A stretch of DNA of 64,000 nt from Bacteroidota bacterium (GCA_049644265.1 JBARRO010000048.1:2886-66885), one strand, 5' to 3'; counted from the stretch's first letter, positions 36,949 through 48,091 are shown. The notes: generated by a model not told the origin, from the letters alone. Numbers and translations: made by a program.

Positions 36949-37905
36949 TCAATGGTTGTGCGAGCCGGACTCGTAGCCAGCCTTCAGTTTCAGGCTCAGC
37001 TCCCTGTCTTTGTCCATCTGACGCACCAACTCTTCCGCAGAACCAAATTTGAGTTCGTCCCTGAGTCTTTTCAGCATCTGAATCTCCACTTCCTGGCCGT
37101 AGATGCTCGCGTCAAAGTCGAGGATGTTCACTTCCACCGTGCGATCCCCATCATCGTGGAATGTCGGTCGCACGCCTATGCTCGCCATTCCGTATTTCTT
37201 CCTTCCGCCAACAGAGACCGCCACAAAATAGATCCCGTCTTTCGGAAGAAGCTTCTTCGTCGACACCGGCCGGATGTTCGCTGTGGGATACCCCAGCTCC
37301 CGACCCCGCTTGTCCCCTTCGACCACTGTCCCCCGTAGAGCGTAGGGACGACCCAGAAAAAGGGCCGCCTTCTCAACATCTCCGCTCTCAAGCAGATTCC
37401 GAATTTCAGAGCTGCTGACGGTTGTTCCTTCCACCACCACCGGTTTCAGTGCAACAATAGAAAAATTAAATTCCTTCCCCATGTGCAGCATCTCTTCCAC
37501 ACTTCCCTCTCTGTCGCGGCCGAAGTGATGGTCGTACCCTTCGATCACTTCGCTGACGCCGATGCCGTTGACGAGATACTTCATGTAAAAGTCCCTCGAG
37601 CTTTGGCGGGAAAACGCAAAATCGAATGCGATGACAAAGAACAGGTCAACTCCCAACTCTTCACAAATCGCCCGCCGTTCTTCCAGGGTGGTCAGGAGTT
37701 TGAACGGGCCGCGTTTGCTGCCGAGAACTTCGCGCGGATGAGGGTCGAAGGTCAGCACAACACTCCGTCCCTTCAACGTCCTGGCGCGCTCAACGACTTC
37801 AGCGATAATTTCCCGGTGCGCCCGATGAACGCCGTCGAAGGAACCGACCGTGACGACAGAGTTCTTCTCGTACAAAATTTCGCTAAGTTGTCTTACTACT
37901 CTCAT
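36949..37905 (-). CDS. ribF: Bifunctional riboflavin kinase / FMN adenylyltransferase
   Basis: N-terminal FAD synthetase (VVTVGSFDGVHRAH) and C-terminal riboflavin kinase (GRPYALRGTVVEGDKRGRELGYPTANI). Confidence 0.9.
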   Translation of the reverse strand: MRVVRQLSEILYEKNSVVTVGSFDGVHRAHREIIAEVVERARTLKGRSVVLTFDPHPREVLGSKRGPFKLLTTLEERRAICEELGVDLFFVIAFDFAFSRQSSRDFYMKYLVNGIGVSEVIEGYDHHFGRDREGSVEEMLHMGKEFNFSIVALKPVVVEGTTVSSSEIRNLLESGDVEKAALFLGRPYALRGTVVEGDKRGRELGYPTANIRPVSTKKLLPKDGIYFVAVSVGGRKKYGMASIGVRPTFHDDGDRTVEVNILDFDASIYGQEVEIQMLKRLRDELKFGSAEELVRQMDKDRELSLKLKAGYESGSHNH

Positions 37906-38617
37906 ACACGGAATCTGAACTGATCTGCAGGCGATCTCTCAACGCGATCAGCTGTTCAACCGTCAATGCCTGGTCGACGTGATATTCCCCGATTCGCAAA
38001 CGCCGCAACGACTTCATCACGGCACCGCACCCAAGCTGCTGGCCGAGCTCATCGATGAGACTCCGCACATACGTTCCTTTGGAGCAGACGACGTTGAACT
38101 CCGCAAGGGGCGGCGCGAACCGGGTTATGTGAAAACTTTTCACCTCGATTTCGCGTTCAGAGCGCTCCACCGTTCTCCCCTGCCGCGCGTACCGATAGAG
38201 TGCTCGTCCGCCATATTTCGCTGCAGAATACATCGGCGGAGCCTGCTTACGCACACCGACAAAGCTGCTGACAGCGTCTGCAAGACCATCCGGCGTGACT
38301 GCCGAGGAATCTTTCCGTTCCGTCACTTCGGTCTCCGCATCAAAACTCGGAGTGCGCAAACCCAGCTCCATCGTCCCCTCATATTCCTTCTCCGCACCGA
38401 CGAACCGGTCGATCGATTTCGTTTGCTTCCCTGTGCAGACAATCAGCAAACCGGTTGCGTTGGGATCCAAAGTACCGGCATGACCAACCTTTCTCACCTT
38501 GAAGAGAGATCGGATCTTCTTGACAATATCAAACGACGTCCAATCCGACGGCTTGTCGACCAGCAAAACTTCTCCCTCGCCCCTAAAATCCCAATGCTGT
38601 TTGAGGGTTTCCGTCAT
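37883..38617 (-). CDS. truB: tRNA pseudouridine(55) synthase
   Basis: LLVDKPSDWTSFDIVKKIR...GHAGTLDPNATGLLIV catalytic Asp motif. Confidence 0.9.
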   Translation of the reverse strand: MTETLKQHWDFRGEGEVLLVDKPSDWTSFDIVKKIRSLFKVRKVGHAGTLDPNATGLLIVCTGKQTKSIDRFVGAEKEYEGTMELGLRTPSFDAETEVTERKDSSAVTPDGLADAVSSFVGVRKQAPPMYSAAKYGGRALYRYARQGRTVERSEREIEVKSFHITRFAPPLAEFNVVCSKGTYVRSLIDELGQQLGCGAVMKSLRRLRIGEYHVDQALTVEQLIALRDRLQISSDSVYESSKTT

Positions 38618-38985
38618 TCACCACCCTGCGGCTCCTTGTGTGAAGCGTCGTCGCGAATCTTCTTGAAAATTCCTTCGAGCTTCATCGCATGGTCTATCGT
38701 CTCGTCCAGGTAGAACGAAATCTCGGGGGTAAATTTCAAGCGAATATTGTGTCCCAATGTGGAGCGAACAAACGACTTCTGCGCTTCAATCATCGCAAGA
38801 CTCTTCCTTTTTCTCTCCGCGTCGCCGAAAATGCTGACATAGATCTTGGCGATTTTGAGGTCAGGAGTAACGCGGACCTCCGTCACAGTGATCAGCCCGT
38901 ATTCCGCCATGGTGAAATTGCGTTGAAAAATAACTCCCACTTCCTCTTTGATGATCGAGGCGACTTTCTCCACCCGAACCGACAC
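38614..38985 (-). CDS. rbfA: Ribosome-binding factor A
   Basis: 123 aa with KH-like RbfA signature (RVEKVASIIKEEVGVIF...VTEVRVTPDLKIAKIYVS). Confidence 0.9.
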   Translation of the reverse strand: MSVRVEKVASIIKEEVGVIFQRNFTMAEYGLITVTEVRVTPDLKIAKIYVSIFGDAERKRKSLAMIEAQKSFVRSTLGHNIRLKFTPEISFYLDETIDHAMKLEGIFKKIRDDASHKEPQGGE

Positions 38986-38996
38986 GTTCCTGCTCC

Positions 38997-41594
38997 TTAT
39001 TCAAGCTTGCGTTTTGTCTCAACCGTATGATAGGCCTCGATAACGTCGCCCACCTTCAAGTCGTTGTAGTTTTCGAGCCCAAGGCCGCATTCGAAGCCCT
39101 GCTCCACTTCGCGGACATCGTCCTTGAACCGTTTGAGCGAAGCCAGCGTACCGTCGAACACGACAACGCCGTCTCGAACCAGTCGGACGCGATTGTTCCT
39201 CGTGATTTTGCCATCCCTGACGTAACAACCCGCGATGGTACCAACCTTTGAAATTTTGAATATGTCCCGCACGTCCACCGTCGCCAGCACCTCCTCGGAC
39301 ACGGTCGGCGCAAGCATACCTTCCAGGGCGTTCTTCACTTCGTTGATTGCGTCGTAGATGATGCTGTACAACCGGATGTCGATGTCCTCGAGCTGAGCAA
39401 GTTGCCGCGCCTTGAGGTTCGGTCGCACATGGAATCCAATGATGACTGCCTGCGACGCGACAGCAAGGAGAACGTCGGACTCTGAAATTCCTCCGACGCC
39501 CTTGTGAATAACCTGCACCTTCACTTCATTCGTCGACAGCTTCATGAGTGAATCGGAAAGTGCTTCGGCGGACCCGTCGACGTCTGCTTTGACGATGACC
39601 GGGAGGTCGCGTACCTGGCCTTCTTTGATCTGCTTTGAGATGTCGTCGAGCGTGACACGCCGGCTCTGGCGGAAATCCTGCTCACGTTTGAGTTGCTGCC
39701 GTCGGAAGGATATATCCCGCGCCTCGCGCTCGTCTTTGAGGACGACGAATGCATCGCCGGCCTGAGGGATTCCGTCAAACCCAATCACCTGCACCGGCTG
39801 GGACGGGTGGGCGACTTCAATACGCTGGCCCCGTTCGTCGAACATGGCTCGTACTCTTCCGCTCCAGACTCCCGTGACAAACGAATCGCCGATTCTCAGG
39901 GTTCCTTTCTGCACAAGAACTGTTGCCGTAATACCCTTGCCTTTATCCAGTTCTGCTTCGACCACCACGCCACGAGCTTCCCTGTTCGGATTGGCTTTCA
40001 GGTCCAACACTTCCGCTTCAAGGAGGATCTTCTCAAGCAACTGGTCCACATTCTTTCCGGTTTTTGCCGAGAGCGACACGACCTGAGATTTGCCGCCGTA
40101 CTCTTCGACGAGAAGTCCTTTTTCGGCCAGCTGCTGCTTAATGCGGTCCGGGTTTGCTTCGGGCTTGTCAATCTTGTTGATTGCCACGACAATTGGAACG
40201 CCGGCGGCCTGTGCGTGACTGATCGCCTCGACCGTTTGCGGCATGACACTGTCATCTGCAGCAACAACCAGGACGACGATGTCCGTCACCTGTGCGCCGC
40301 GGGCACGCATGGCAGTAAACGCCTCGTGGCCGGGAGTATCGAGAAACGTGATGTGCTTGCTGCCGTCCAGCGTGACCTCGTACGCGCCGATGTGCTGCGT
40401 GATGCCGCCGGATTCGCCGGCAACCACGTTGGCACTGCGAATATAGTCGAGGAGAGAGGTTTTCCCGTGGTCGACATGTCCCATGATGGTGACAACCGGG
40501 GGACGCGTGACCAGCGAGGTTTCGTCGTCGGGAATGTCCTGGAGGACATCAGCCGTGAACTCGTGTTCAAAATCGACCTGGAATCCGAATTCGTCGGCGA
40601 CGAGCGTAATCGTGTCTTTGTCAAGGCGCTGGTTGATGGAAACCATGACGCCGAGGCCCATGATCTTCTGGATGACTTCCGCCACAGAAACACGCATGAG
40701 GTTGGCGAGCTCGCCGACCGTGACAAACTCCGTGACTTTGACTCTCGTCCGATCGCGCTCGATCTGATCGAGGATCTTCTGCTGCTCCTCTTCGCGTTTC
40801 TCTTTCTTCCGCTTGCGAATTGCCGCGCGAGAGGTGACTGCTTCGTCACTGGATTCCGCCAGCGTTTCGCGGATCGCCTTTGCGACCTCCACCTCATTCA
40901 CCTCAGCCCGACGGACCTTTTTCCGCTTGCGCCCCTTCGCCTCTTCCTCATCCTCTGTCTTCGCGGGAGCAACTTTGACCTTTTTGGTGTCTTCCCGAAG
41001 CTTCTTTTTCTTCTTTTTCTTCTTCTTCTCTTCTTCCGATTCCGTTGCTGCGGCCGTCGGGGAGGTCAGCTCCATCTTCCCCTTGATCGTCAATCCCCTC
41101 TGCGCGCGCGCGACTGCGGCCTCCAACGGCGATTGCGGCCCACGACGTGCCGCCGGTTTTTCTTCCTTTTTGATTTCGACCGGTTTCGGCTCGGAAGCCG
41201 GAACCGCGGGCGCTTCCGTCGGCGGAGCCACAGGTAGCTGTGCCGCCTCAACGGGAGCAGCCTCTACCGTAGGCGCGGCAACCGGAATTTCTTCGACCGG
41301 TTCGGCCTCTTCGACCTTTACGGGTTCCTCTTCTTTGACCGCTTTCTTTTCGACCTTTTCGGGAGTTTCCTTCTTGCGGGTCGAACGGAATTCCTGAAGC
41401 TTCTTGTGGTGACGTTCCGCGACGTCCTTTTCCTTTTTGAAGTGACTGTTGATGGCGTGGACCATATCATCGGTCACCGCGCTCATGTGGTTCTTCACTT
41501 CAAACCCCTTTTTCTTCAGGAACTCGAGAATCGTTTCGCTCGAGAGGTTGAGTTCCTTCGCAAGGTTATAGATTTTGACTTTCTTTTCGGTCAT
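38997..41594 (-). CDS. infB: Translation initiation factor IF-2
   Basis: 865 aa. Charged low-complexity N-terminus with a poly-Lys tract, GTPase domain ([12 protein letters not shown] ... DTPGHEAF ... NKID) and C-terminal beta-barrels. The + ORF 39693..41237 is an antisense shadow. Confidence 0.95.
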   Translation of the reverse strand: MTEKKVKIYNLAKELNLSSETILEFLKKKGFEVKNHMSAVTDDMVHAINSHFKKEKDVAERHHKKLQEFRSTRKKETPEKVEKKAVKEEEPVKVEEAEPVEEIPVAAPTVEAAPVEAAQLPVAPPTEAPAVPASEPKPVEIKKEEKPAARRGPQSPLEAAVARAQRGLTIKGKMELTSPTAAATESEEEKKKKKKKKKLREDTKKVKVAPAKTEDEEEAKGRKRKKVRRAEVNEVEVAKAIRETLAESSDEAVTSRAAIRKRKKEKREEEQQKILDQIERDRTRVKVTEFVTVGELANLMRVSVAEVIQKIMGLGVMVSINQRLDKDTITLVADEFGFQVDFEHEFTADVLQDIPDDETSLVTRPPVVTIMGHVDHGKTSLLDYIRSANVVAGESGGITQHIGAYEVTLDGSKHITFLDTPGHEAFTAMRARGAQVTDIVVLVVAADDSVMPQTVEAISHAQAAGVPIVVAINKIDKPEANPDRIKQQLAEKGLLVEEYGGKSQVVSLSAKTGKNVDQLLEKILLEAEVLDLKANPNREARGVVVEAELDKGKGITATVLVQKGTLRIGDSFVTGVWSGRVRAMFDERGQRIEVAHPSQPVQVIGFDGIPQAGDAFVVLKDEREARDISFRRQQLKREQDFRQSRRVTLDDISKQIKEGQVRDLPVIVKADVDGSAEALSDSLMKLSTNEVKVQVIHKGVGGISESDVLLAVASQAVIIGFHVRPNLKARQLAQLEDIDIRLYSIIYDAINEVKNALEGMLAPTVSEEVLATVDVRDIFKISKVGTIAGCYVRDGKITRNNRVRLVRDGVVVFDGTLASLKRFKDDVREVEQGFECGLGLENYNDLKVGDVIEAYHTVETKRKLE

Positions 41595-41635
41595 TCAAAC
41601 CTTCTATCAATCACTGGTGAACGAACAACGTGCGA

Positions 41636-43030
41636 TTATTCAGCCTTTGGTTCCGTCTGTTCTTTTTCTTCCGGGGTGCTCTCCTTTTCAGGTTTGGCCG
41701 CTTCCGTGACGGGAGGGACTTCCGCTGCCGGGGAGGCAGCAGCTTCCTCCGCAGCTTCCTCTTCTTCGTTCTCCACTTCTGCTTCTTCAAGCCCCTTTTT
41801 GAGCATCGCAACAATTTCATCCACTTTTGCCGGTTCGAGACCGAGCGTGCTCACGAGATCCTCTTTCGACTCTTCGATCACGTCCCGTACTGTTTCATAA
41901 TTCTCATCGAAGAACTTGTGGAACAGGACATCGCCAAGCTCTTCGCGGAATTCCGAAAGGTCCATGTCGTACTCTTCCTCGTCGCCGCCCTCCTTCAGCA
42001 CCTGGATGTCGAATCCGGTTAACTTGGACGCAAGCCGGACGTTCTGTCCGCCCTTGCCGATGGCGAGAGAAACCTGGTCGTTTGCAACCAGCACCGACGC
42101 CTTCTTGTTCTCCTTGTCGATTTGAATTTCCTTCAGCTTTGCCGGAGCGAGAGAACGCTGGATGAAAACGAGCGGGTCTTCGGAGTAGTTGATGACATCG
42201 ATATTCTCGTTGTTGAGCTCGCGGACGATGGCATGAATGCGGACACCTTTCATTCCCACGCATGCACCGACGGCATCGATGCGGTCGTCGTGGGAAAGGA
42301 CCGCGACCTTGGCGCGGTCGCCCGGTTCACGTGCGATACGCTTGATCTCGATGATTCCGTCGTAAATCTCGGGGATTTCGATTTCAAATAGGCGGATGAG
42401 GAACTGCGGATCGGTGCGCGAAATGATCACCAAAGGGTTCCCGGCTCCCTTTCGCACTTCCTTCACCACGGCGCGGATCGTATCCCCCTTCTTGTACCGC
42501 TCCTTATAAATCTGCTCGCTCCGAGGGATGATCAACTCGCTCTTGTTGTGGATGACGAGGATCTCACCCTTTCCCTTCCGGATCTGGTAAATCTCGCCGA
42601 CGATAATCTCGCCGATGGAGTTCGAATACTCGTTGTAGATCGCTTCCCGCTCAATTTCCTTGATCCGCTGGTTCAGGTTCTGCTTCGCACTGATCACGAG
42701 GCGGCGGCCGAATTCGGCAAGCGGAATAATCTCCACAAACTCTTCACCGACATCCATCGCCTCTCCGGTCTTCCTCTTCGTTTCTGCAGGCGTAATCTGG
42801 CTCGAGGGATCGATCACTTCCTCCACCACTTCTTTTTCCAGGTAGATTTCAATATCCCCCTTGTCCATATTCACCACAACGTCGTACTTCGCGTTGAGTC
42901 CATATTTCTTCTTGACCATCATCCCGAAAATGTCCTCGATAATACCGATCAGGATGTCTTTATCCATCCCTTTCTCCCGGACCATTTGCGCAAACGACTC
43001 GACGATCTCGTGATTCATTTCATCCTCCAA
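41636..43030 (-). CDS. nusA: Transcription termination/antitermination factor NusA (with acidic C-terminal tail)
   Basis: N-terminal domain, S1 and two KH domains. About 50-aa Glu/Ala-rich C-terminal extension. Confidence 0.95.
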   Translation of the reverse strand: MEDEMNHEIVESFAQMVREKGMDKDILIGIIEDIFGMMVKKKYGLNAKYDVVVNMDKGDIEIYLEKEVVEEVIDPSSQITPAETKRKTGEAMDVGEEFVEIIPLAEFGRRLVISAKQNLNQRIKEIEREAIYNEYSNSIGEIIVGEIYQIRKGKGEILVIHNKSELIIPRSEQIYKERYKKGDTIRAVVKEVRKGAGNPLVIISRTDPQFLIRLFEIEIPEIYDGIIEIKRIAREPGDRAKVAVLSHDDRIDAVGACVGMKGVRIHAIVRELNNENIDVINYSEDPLVFIQRSLAPAKLKEIQIDKENKKASVLVANDQVSLAIGKGGQNVRLASKLTGFDIQVLKEGGDEEEYDMDLSEFREELGDVLFHKFFDENYETVRDVIEESKEDLVSTLGLEPAKVDEIVAMLKKGLEEAEVENEEEEAAEEAAASPAAEVPPVTEAAKPEKESTPEEKEQTEPKAE

Positions 43031-43051
43031 ACATATCCGAACGGCACCGCA

Positions 43052-43507
43052 TCACCACGGCAGCTGTTCTTCTGATTCAATAATATTTTCAAACACAATT
43101 GTCACCGCATCTCCCGTCTTCGGGGTCACCGTCAGACGGTTGCCGTCAACAGCGCTCAGGGTGCCGACAATTTCGGCGGGTGCATTATTCCTGACGAAGC
43201 GGACCTTCAGGGTCCTCCCGATATTCTTCGGGTATTGACGCAGCAACCGGAGCGGTTTATCGAGGCCGGGCGACGAAACTTCCAGATGGTAAGGACCTTC
43301 AAGGACCCCTTTTATTTCAAGCTCTTTGCCGAGGGCTCGGCTGATTTCGGCACATTCCTGGATCGTGATCCCCTTGTCGGTCTCGACAAGAACCTGCAGA
43401 AGCTTGCCCTGCGGGTCGTTTCGGATGACCATGTCGACCAAGAAGGCCTGCTTGTCATCCAGGAACGGCTGCAAAATCTCCTGAATTTGCCGCTTTATGT
43501 CGCCCAT
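43052..43507 (-). CDS. rimP: Ribosome maturation factor RimP
   Basis: 151 aa. Heads the conserved rimP-nusA-infB operon. Confidence 0.85.
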   Translation of the reverse strand: MGDIKRQIQEILQPFLDDKQAFLVDMVIRNDPQGKLLQVLVETDKGITIQECAEISRALGKELEIKGVLEGPYHLEVSSPGLDKPLRLLRQYPKNIGRTLKVRFVRNNAPAEIVGTLSAVDGNRLTVTPKTGDAVTIVFENIIESEEQLPW

Positions 43508-43519
43508 CAGAATCCATCC

Positions 43520-43546
43520 AAAAAAAATAGCCCGTTACAGCGGGCT
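43520..43546 (-). terminator. Intrinsic terminator downstream of the LOG gene
   Basis: Minus strand: AGCCCGCTGTAACGGGCT hairpin followed by T8. Confidence 0.7.
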
Positions 43547-43667
43547 ATATGAAACGATTATAATATAGGAATCTCCGTTGAAAGAAGCAAGCCCAACGGG
43601 ATCCTTCTCCATGCCGCATCAGGCACAGCAGCAACTATTTATTCGTTATTACGTGGAAAATGCCGGT

Positions 43668-44384
43668 TCAGAAGTTCATCACCACCGTTTGCTTCTTGTA
43701 GAAGTCGGCCACAAATTGGGCCGCTTCGACCGGATCGTCCGTGAGATGGAACAGATTGACGTCTTCCGGGGAAATCATTTTTGTTTTCAGAACCGTGGTC
43801 TTGATCCAGTCCACGAGCCCTTGCCAATATTCCACACCCATCAGGATGACGGGGAACGGTTTGGTTTTGTTTGTTTGGATCAACGTAATGGCTTCGAAGA
43901 ATTCGTCAAGAGTACCGAAACCGCCAGGGAGTACGACAAACCCGTGGGCATATTTCACGAACATCACCTTCCGGACAAAGAAGTGATTGAAGTAGAGGCT
44001 CCGGTCCTTATCGACAAACGCGTTCGAGCCCTGCTCGTGCGGGAGGACGATGTTTGCCCCCACGGACGCTCCTCCCTGCTTCTTCGCGCCCTTATTGCCC
44101 GCCTCCATGATTCCCGGCCCCCCACCCGTGAGAACATTGAATCCATGCTTCACGAGTTCCGTCGCAACCTGAACAGCCATTTCATAGTATTTTGACCCCG
44201 GCCGTACTCGCGCCGATCCAAAAATGGTTACCAGGCTTTTCTGCTTGGACATCATCGTGAACCCATCTACAAACTCCGCCATAATCCGGAAGACTCTCCA
44301 GATATCCTGTTGAGTGCTCAGCAGATCGTTAAGGAGCATGTCCTGTTTTTGATCATGCATCGAACGCTGGATCGGTTTTTTCAT
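43668..44384 (-). CDS. LOG-family cytokinin riboside 5'-monophosphate phosphoribohydrolase / Rossmann-fold nucleotide-binding protein
   Basis: GGGPGIMEA and [12 protein letters not shown] motifs of the TIGR00730/LOG family. Confidence 0.8.
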   Translation of the reverse strand: MKKPIQRSMHDQKQDMLLNDLLSTQQDIWRVFRIMAEFVDGFTMMSKQKSLVTIFGSARVRPGSKYYEMAVQVATELVKHGFNVLTGGGPGIMEAGNKGAKKQGGASVGANIVLPHEQGSNAFVDKDRSLYFNHFFVRKVMFVKYAHGFVVLPGGFGTLDEFFEAITLIQTNKTKPFPVILMGVEYWQGLVDWIKTTVLKTKMISPEDVNLFHLTDDPVEAAQFVADFYKKQTVVMNF

Positions 44385-44971
44385 AGTAATCCCCTGGTTG
44401 GTATAATCATGAGAAAGTTTTTTAAGATCTTCTTTCCATGTTCGGTTGCTATGGATTCGGGATGAAACTGCACCCCGAATGTGGGAAACTCCCGATGTCG
44501 CACCGCCATAATCGTGCCGTCCTCAGTCCACGCAGTGACTTCAAGCTCTTTCGGCAACGACTCTTTTTCGACAATCAACGAATGGTACCGCGCGGCGGTA
44601 AAGGGAGAGGGAATGTCCCGAAAGAGGCCGGATTCACCATGGAAGATCGGCGATGTTTTTCCGTGATAGATCTTCGAGGCCCGCACAATTTTACCGCCGA
44701 ACGCCTCTCCGACCGATTGATGGCCAAGACATACTCCGAGAATCGGGACTCCCTTGTGGAGCCTCTTCACAACTTCCACAGAAACTCCTGCCTCGTTCGG
44801 AGTGCACGGCCCCGGCGAAATCACGATTCCATCCGGCTTCATCTCGATGATCTCATCGACTGTCATGGCGTCATTGCGGGCGACGGTCTGCTCCACTCCC
44901 AGCTCACCCAGATACTGGACGAGGTTGTACGTGAAGGAATCATAGTTGTCGATGACGAGGAGCATGGTCAA
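44381..44971 (-). CDS. trpG: Glutamine amidotransferase component of anthranilate / aminodeoxychorismate synthase
   Basis: Class I GATase triad (GVCLGHQ ... HPES). Real start probably the ATG at 44965 ([15 protein letters not shown]), not the listed TTG. Confidence 0.8.
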   Translation of the reverse strand: MTMLLVIDNYDSFTYNLVQYLGELGVEQTVARNDAMTVDEIIEMKPDGIVISPGPCTPNEAGVSVEVVKRLHKGVPILGVCLGHQSVGEAFGGKIVRASKIYHGKTSPIFHGESGLFRDIPSPFTAARYHSLIVEKESLPKELEVTAWTEDGTIMAVRHREFPTFGVQFHPESIATEHGKKILKNFLMIIPTRGLL

Positions 44972-45099
44972 TTGGTCAATTCAACAAATGAACAATGAGC
45001 AATGTGAGAAGAACAGTAAGCAGTTGTCAGTAGACAGTACCAGGAAAAACACGAGGAGCGAGGAATCTGTAACTGACAACTGGAAACTCGAAACTTCTC
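44966..45099 (-). repeat. Array of ~17 in-phase degenerate heptanucleotide repeats (intercistronic trpE to trpG)
   Basis: Plus-strand phasing atgaaca atgagca atgtgag aagaaca gtaagca gttgtca gtagaca gtaccag ... atctgta actgaca actggaa actcgaa acttctc. The transcribed (minus) strand is G-depleted upstream of the trpG start. Confidence 0.8.
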
Positions 45100-46590
45100 T
45101 TAATGTATTAACCGCTCAAGGGCGTTCAGATTCGCTCCCAGTTTTTCCAGCGTTTCCTCGTACTCCCGTTCCGGCCTGGAGTCGAACACGATTCCGGCGC
45201 CTGCCTGGAAGTAGAGGGTATCGCCTTTTGCGACGATGGTGCGGATGGCGATGCAGGAGTCGAGGTTTCCTGAAAAATCGATGTAGCCTACGGCGCCGCC
45301 GTAGATTCCCCGTTTGACGGGCTCGAGTTCTGCGATGATTTGCATTGCCCGGATCTTCGGAGCTCCGCTCAAGGTTCCGGCCGGAAAGCAGGCGTACAGT
45401 GCATCGATCGCGCACATCTCTTTCCGAAGCTTTCCCTGGATATTGGAAACAATGTGCATGACGTGGGAGTAGCGCTCTATGGTCATAAACTGCGTTACCG
45501 AGACGCTGCCGAACTCGCTGATTCTTCCAAGGTCGTTCCGCCCCAGGTCCACGAGCATGAGGTGTTCAGCACGTTCCTTTTCGTCCGCCAGAAGTTCCTG
45601 TTCGAGTTTAAGGTCCTCCGTTGGACTTTCACCACGGCGTCTCGTTCCTGCGATCGGACGCGTCTCCACTGTCCCCTGCTCCACACGCACGAGCATCTCG
45701 GGCGAGGATCCGATGACCGAGAAGTCGTTTAAACCAAGGTAATACATGTAGGGCGATGGGTTGATCAGCCGAAGGGATCGGTACAGATCGAACGGAGTCA
45801 CACGCGCTTTTCGTTTCAGCCGCTGCGAAACGACGATCTGGAATGCATCCCCGGCAGCGATATACTCCTTCGACCGTTCGACACTCCTGCAATACTGCTG
45901 CTTTGACATCACATGCTCGAGCGCTCCGTCGGGTTTTGCGGCATGGAGCTCCAGCGAGACCTGCTTCGCGAGGATATTCTTGAGTCGCGCAATTTCTTTC
46001 GCGGCTTTGTCGTATTCGCGGCGCAGCGTTTCCACAGAAGGATTGGCGTCGGGAAGATATGCATTCGAAACCAGGAAGAGCTCGTGTCTCACGTTGTCAA
46101 AAATGACAACCGTGTCACAGAACATGAGGAGGCCGTCGGGAACATTCAGCTCATCCTTTCCTGTTGTGGGAATGTCTTCGATGAGCTGCACCGTCTCGTA
46201 TCCGAAGTATCCGATTGCTCCACCTGTGAGTCTCGGCAGGCCCTGCTCCTGGACTGTCTTGAAGTGTGCAAAGATCTTCCTGAGCGCATCCAGCGGATGA
46301 TCTTCCTTCTGTACAAGCCGTGGAAGGATTTCGACATCCTCGTGAAAGGATTCAAGAGAGAACTTTTTTCCCTCGATGCGAAAGATCATGAAGGGGTCGA
46401 AACCGAGGAAGGAATACCGTCCGAGCTTCTCTCCCCCTTCGACGCTTTCCAGAAGGAAGGAATAGGGGGATTCCGGCTGGAGCTTCAGGTAAACCGAAAC
46501 GGGAGTCTCGGTATCTGCGAGCAGTGTGTCGTACACAGGAATGACGTTGCCGAGCGCCGAGAGCCTCGTGAATTCTTCAAAGGATGTCAT
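45100..46590 (-). CDS. trpE: Anthranilate synthase component I (or aminodeoxychorismate synthase PabB)
   Basis: 496 aa chorismate-binding enzyme (LLESVEGGEKLGRYSF; C-terminal GAGIVFDS). No trpDCBA downstream, so PabB cannot be excluded. Confidence 0.75.
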   Translation of the reverse strand: MTSFEEFTRLSALGNVIPVYDTLLADTETPVSVYLKLQPESPYSFLLESVEGGEKLGRYSFLGFDPFMIFRIEGKKFSLESFHEDVEILPRLVQKEDHPLDALRKIFAHFKTVQEQGLPRLTGGAIGYFGYETVQLIEDIPTTGKDELNVPDGLLMFCDTVVIFDNVRHELFLVSNAYLPDANPSVETLRREYDKAAKEIARLKNILAKQVSLELHAAKPDGALEHVMSKQQYCRSVERSKEYIAAGDAFQIVVSQRLKRKARVTPFDLYRSLRLINPSPYMYYLGLNDFSVIGSSPEMLVRVEQGTVETRPIAGTRRRGESPTEDLKLEQELLADEKERAEHLMLVDLGRNDLGRISEFGSVSVTQFMTIERYSHVMHIVSNIQGKLRKEMCAIDALYACFPAGTLSGAPKIRAMQIIAELEPVKRGIYGGAVGYIDFSGNLDSCIAIRTIVAKGDTLYFQAGAGIVFDSRPEREYEETLEKLGANLNALERLIH

Positions 46591-47048
46591 GTTTCAACGG
46601 AGGGCCAGAAGATGTCGCAGTGCTCCCCTTCATATGCCTGAATCAGTTTTCTGAAGTCGTCGGGCACCGGCCGGGGACGATGTGTGGCGGGATCGAGCCA
46701 AACGTGGTAGGCAACATTCTCTGCGACACGCTCGCCGGTTTCTTTTTTCTCCAGAATTCCTTCCATCCCAAAACTTGAATTCTTGATAAACGAGATCCGT
46801 GTGTGAACTGTCAGGAGCTCGTCGAACCGGGCCGGGCTGTTGTAGTCAATTTCATTCCTCACCAGCACGACCCTGGAACTGCTGTTGATCGTGCTGAGGT
46901 CCACCTTCGCGCCGAGATGCTTCAAATACTCAATCCTTCCCACCTCACAATAGAGCAGGTAATTACCGTTGTGGACAATCCCCTGCCAGTCGACTTCGTA
47001 GTTCCTGACCCGGATTTCTGTTTTGTGACGAAACAGAGACTTGTCCAT
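46587..47048 (-). CDS. Acyl-CoA thioesterase (hotdog fold, YbgC/4HBT-like)
   Basis: 153 aa. VDWQGIVHNGNYLLYCEVGRIEYL pattern typical of 4HBT thioesterases. Confidence 0.55.
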   Translation of the reverse strand: MDKSLFRHKTEIRVRNYEVDWQGIVHNGNYLLYCEVGRIEYLKHLGAKVDLSTINSSSRVVLVRNEIDYNSPARFDELLTVHTRISFIKNSSFGMEGILEKKETGERVAENVAYHVWLDPATHRPRPVPDDFRKLIQAYEGEHCDIFWPSVET

Positions 47049-48091
47049 TAACCTCCGAGACTGGATTTCATGATTCGCCCGGCTTCGTGAACCTGGTCGG
47101 ATGTTACGTCCAGGTGCGTCACAGCGCGAATTGCCGTGCCGCTCATTTCCGTGAGAAGCACGCCCTGGGCCCTCAGAAAGGTGAGAATCTCACTCGGTTG
47201 TTTGCCGGTTTTGGAAATATCCATAATAACGATGTTGGTTTGGACGGTTTCAAGATCAACCGAGAATCCTGGAATGGAAGCAACTTCAGCCGCAAACGCT
47301 TTTGCTTTTTCGTGATCCTCGCAAAGGCGCCCGACGTTGTGGTCGAGTGCGTAGATCGCTGCAGCTGCAAGAATTCCGACCTGTCTCATGCCTCCACCAA
47401 AAATCTTCCTGAACTTCCGCGCACGCCGAATCAGGTCCCGCGATCCCGCGATTGCCGAGCCGATGGGAGCGCCCAGGCCTTTGGAGAAACAAACCGAGAC
47501 TGAGTCAAAAGGTTCCGCATAGTCTTTCACGCTGATGCCGGTCGCAACCGATGCATTCCACAAGCGGGCCCCGTCGAGATGCATGCGCAATCCGCGGTCG
47601 TGAGCAAACTTGCTGATCTTCTTGATTTCATCCAACGGGTAAATCGTCCCTCCCGCCTTGTTGTGTGTGTTTTCCAGGCAGATCAGCGAAGTTCGCGGAA
47701 GGTGATAATCCTGGGACCGCACGGCAGGCGGCAATTGCTCTACCCGCAGGATACCCCTCACGCCGGTGACCGTGTGGAGCTGGACATTGGAGAGAATTGC
47801 CGGCGCGGCCGTTTCATAGTTGAAGATGTGTGAAGAACTCTCGACGATGACCTCGTCACCGGGCTGAGTTTGCGATTTGATCGCAAGCTGGTTGGCCATG
47901 ACTCCCGTGGGAGTAAACAAGGCAGCCTCTTTGCCGAGAAGCGCCGCGACCTTTTCCTGGAGCCGGTTGACGGTCGGGTCTTCACCGAACACGTCGTCTC
48001 CGACTTCGGCGGAAGCCATGACCGCACGCATGGCCTCACTGGGCCGGGTTATCGTGTCACTCCGAAGATCGATCAACGTCTGATTTCCCAT
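47048..48091 (-). CDS. ltaE: Low-specificity L-threonine aldolase
   Basis: IDLRSDTITRPS, LENTHN and GGGMRQVGILAAA motifs closely parallel E. coli LtaE as recalled. Confidence 0.85.
   Translation of the reverse strand: MGNQTLIDLRSDTITRPSEAMRAVMASAEVGDDVFGEDPTVNRLQEKVAALLGKEAALFTPTGVMANQLAIKSQTQPGDEVIVESSSHIFNYETAAPAILSNVQLHTVTGVRGILRVEQLPPAVRSQDYHLPRTSLICLENTHNKAGGTIYPLDEIKKISKFAHDRGLRMHLDGARLWNASVATGISVKDYAEPFDSVSVCFSKGLGAPIGSAIAGSRDLIRRARKFRKIFGGGMRQVGILAAAAIYALDHNVGRLCEDHEKAKAFAAEVASIPGFSVDLETVQTNIVIMDISKTGKQPSEILTFLRAQGVLLTEMSGTAIRAVTHLDVTSDQVHEAGRIMKSSLGG

Noticed and set aside
40980-41050. (AAG)n-like simple repeat on the minus strand
   Set aside because: Lies inside infB and encodes the poly-Lys/Glu linker of IF-2 ([13 protein letters not shown]). 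It is a coding low-complexity tract, not an independent repeat element.
39693-41237. 514-aa plus-strand ORF
   Set aside because: Antisense to infB (IF-2 GTPase motifs on the minus strand). The translation is Arg/Leu-rich and repetitive.
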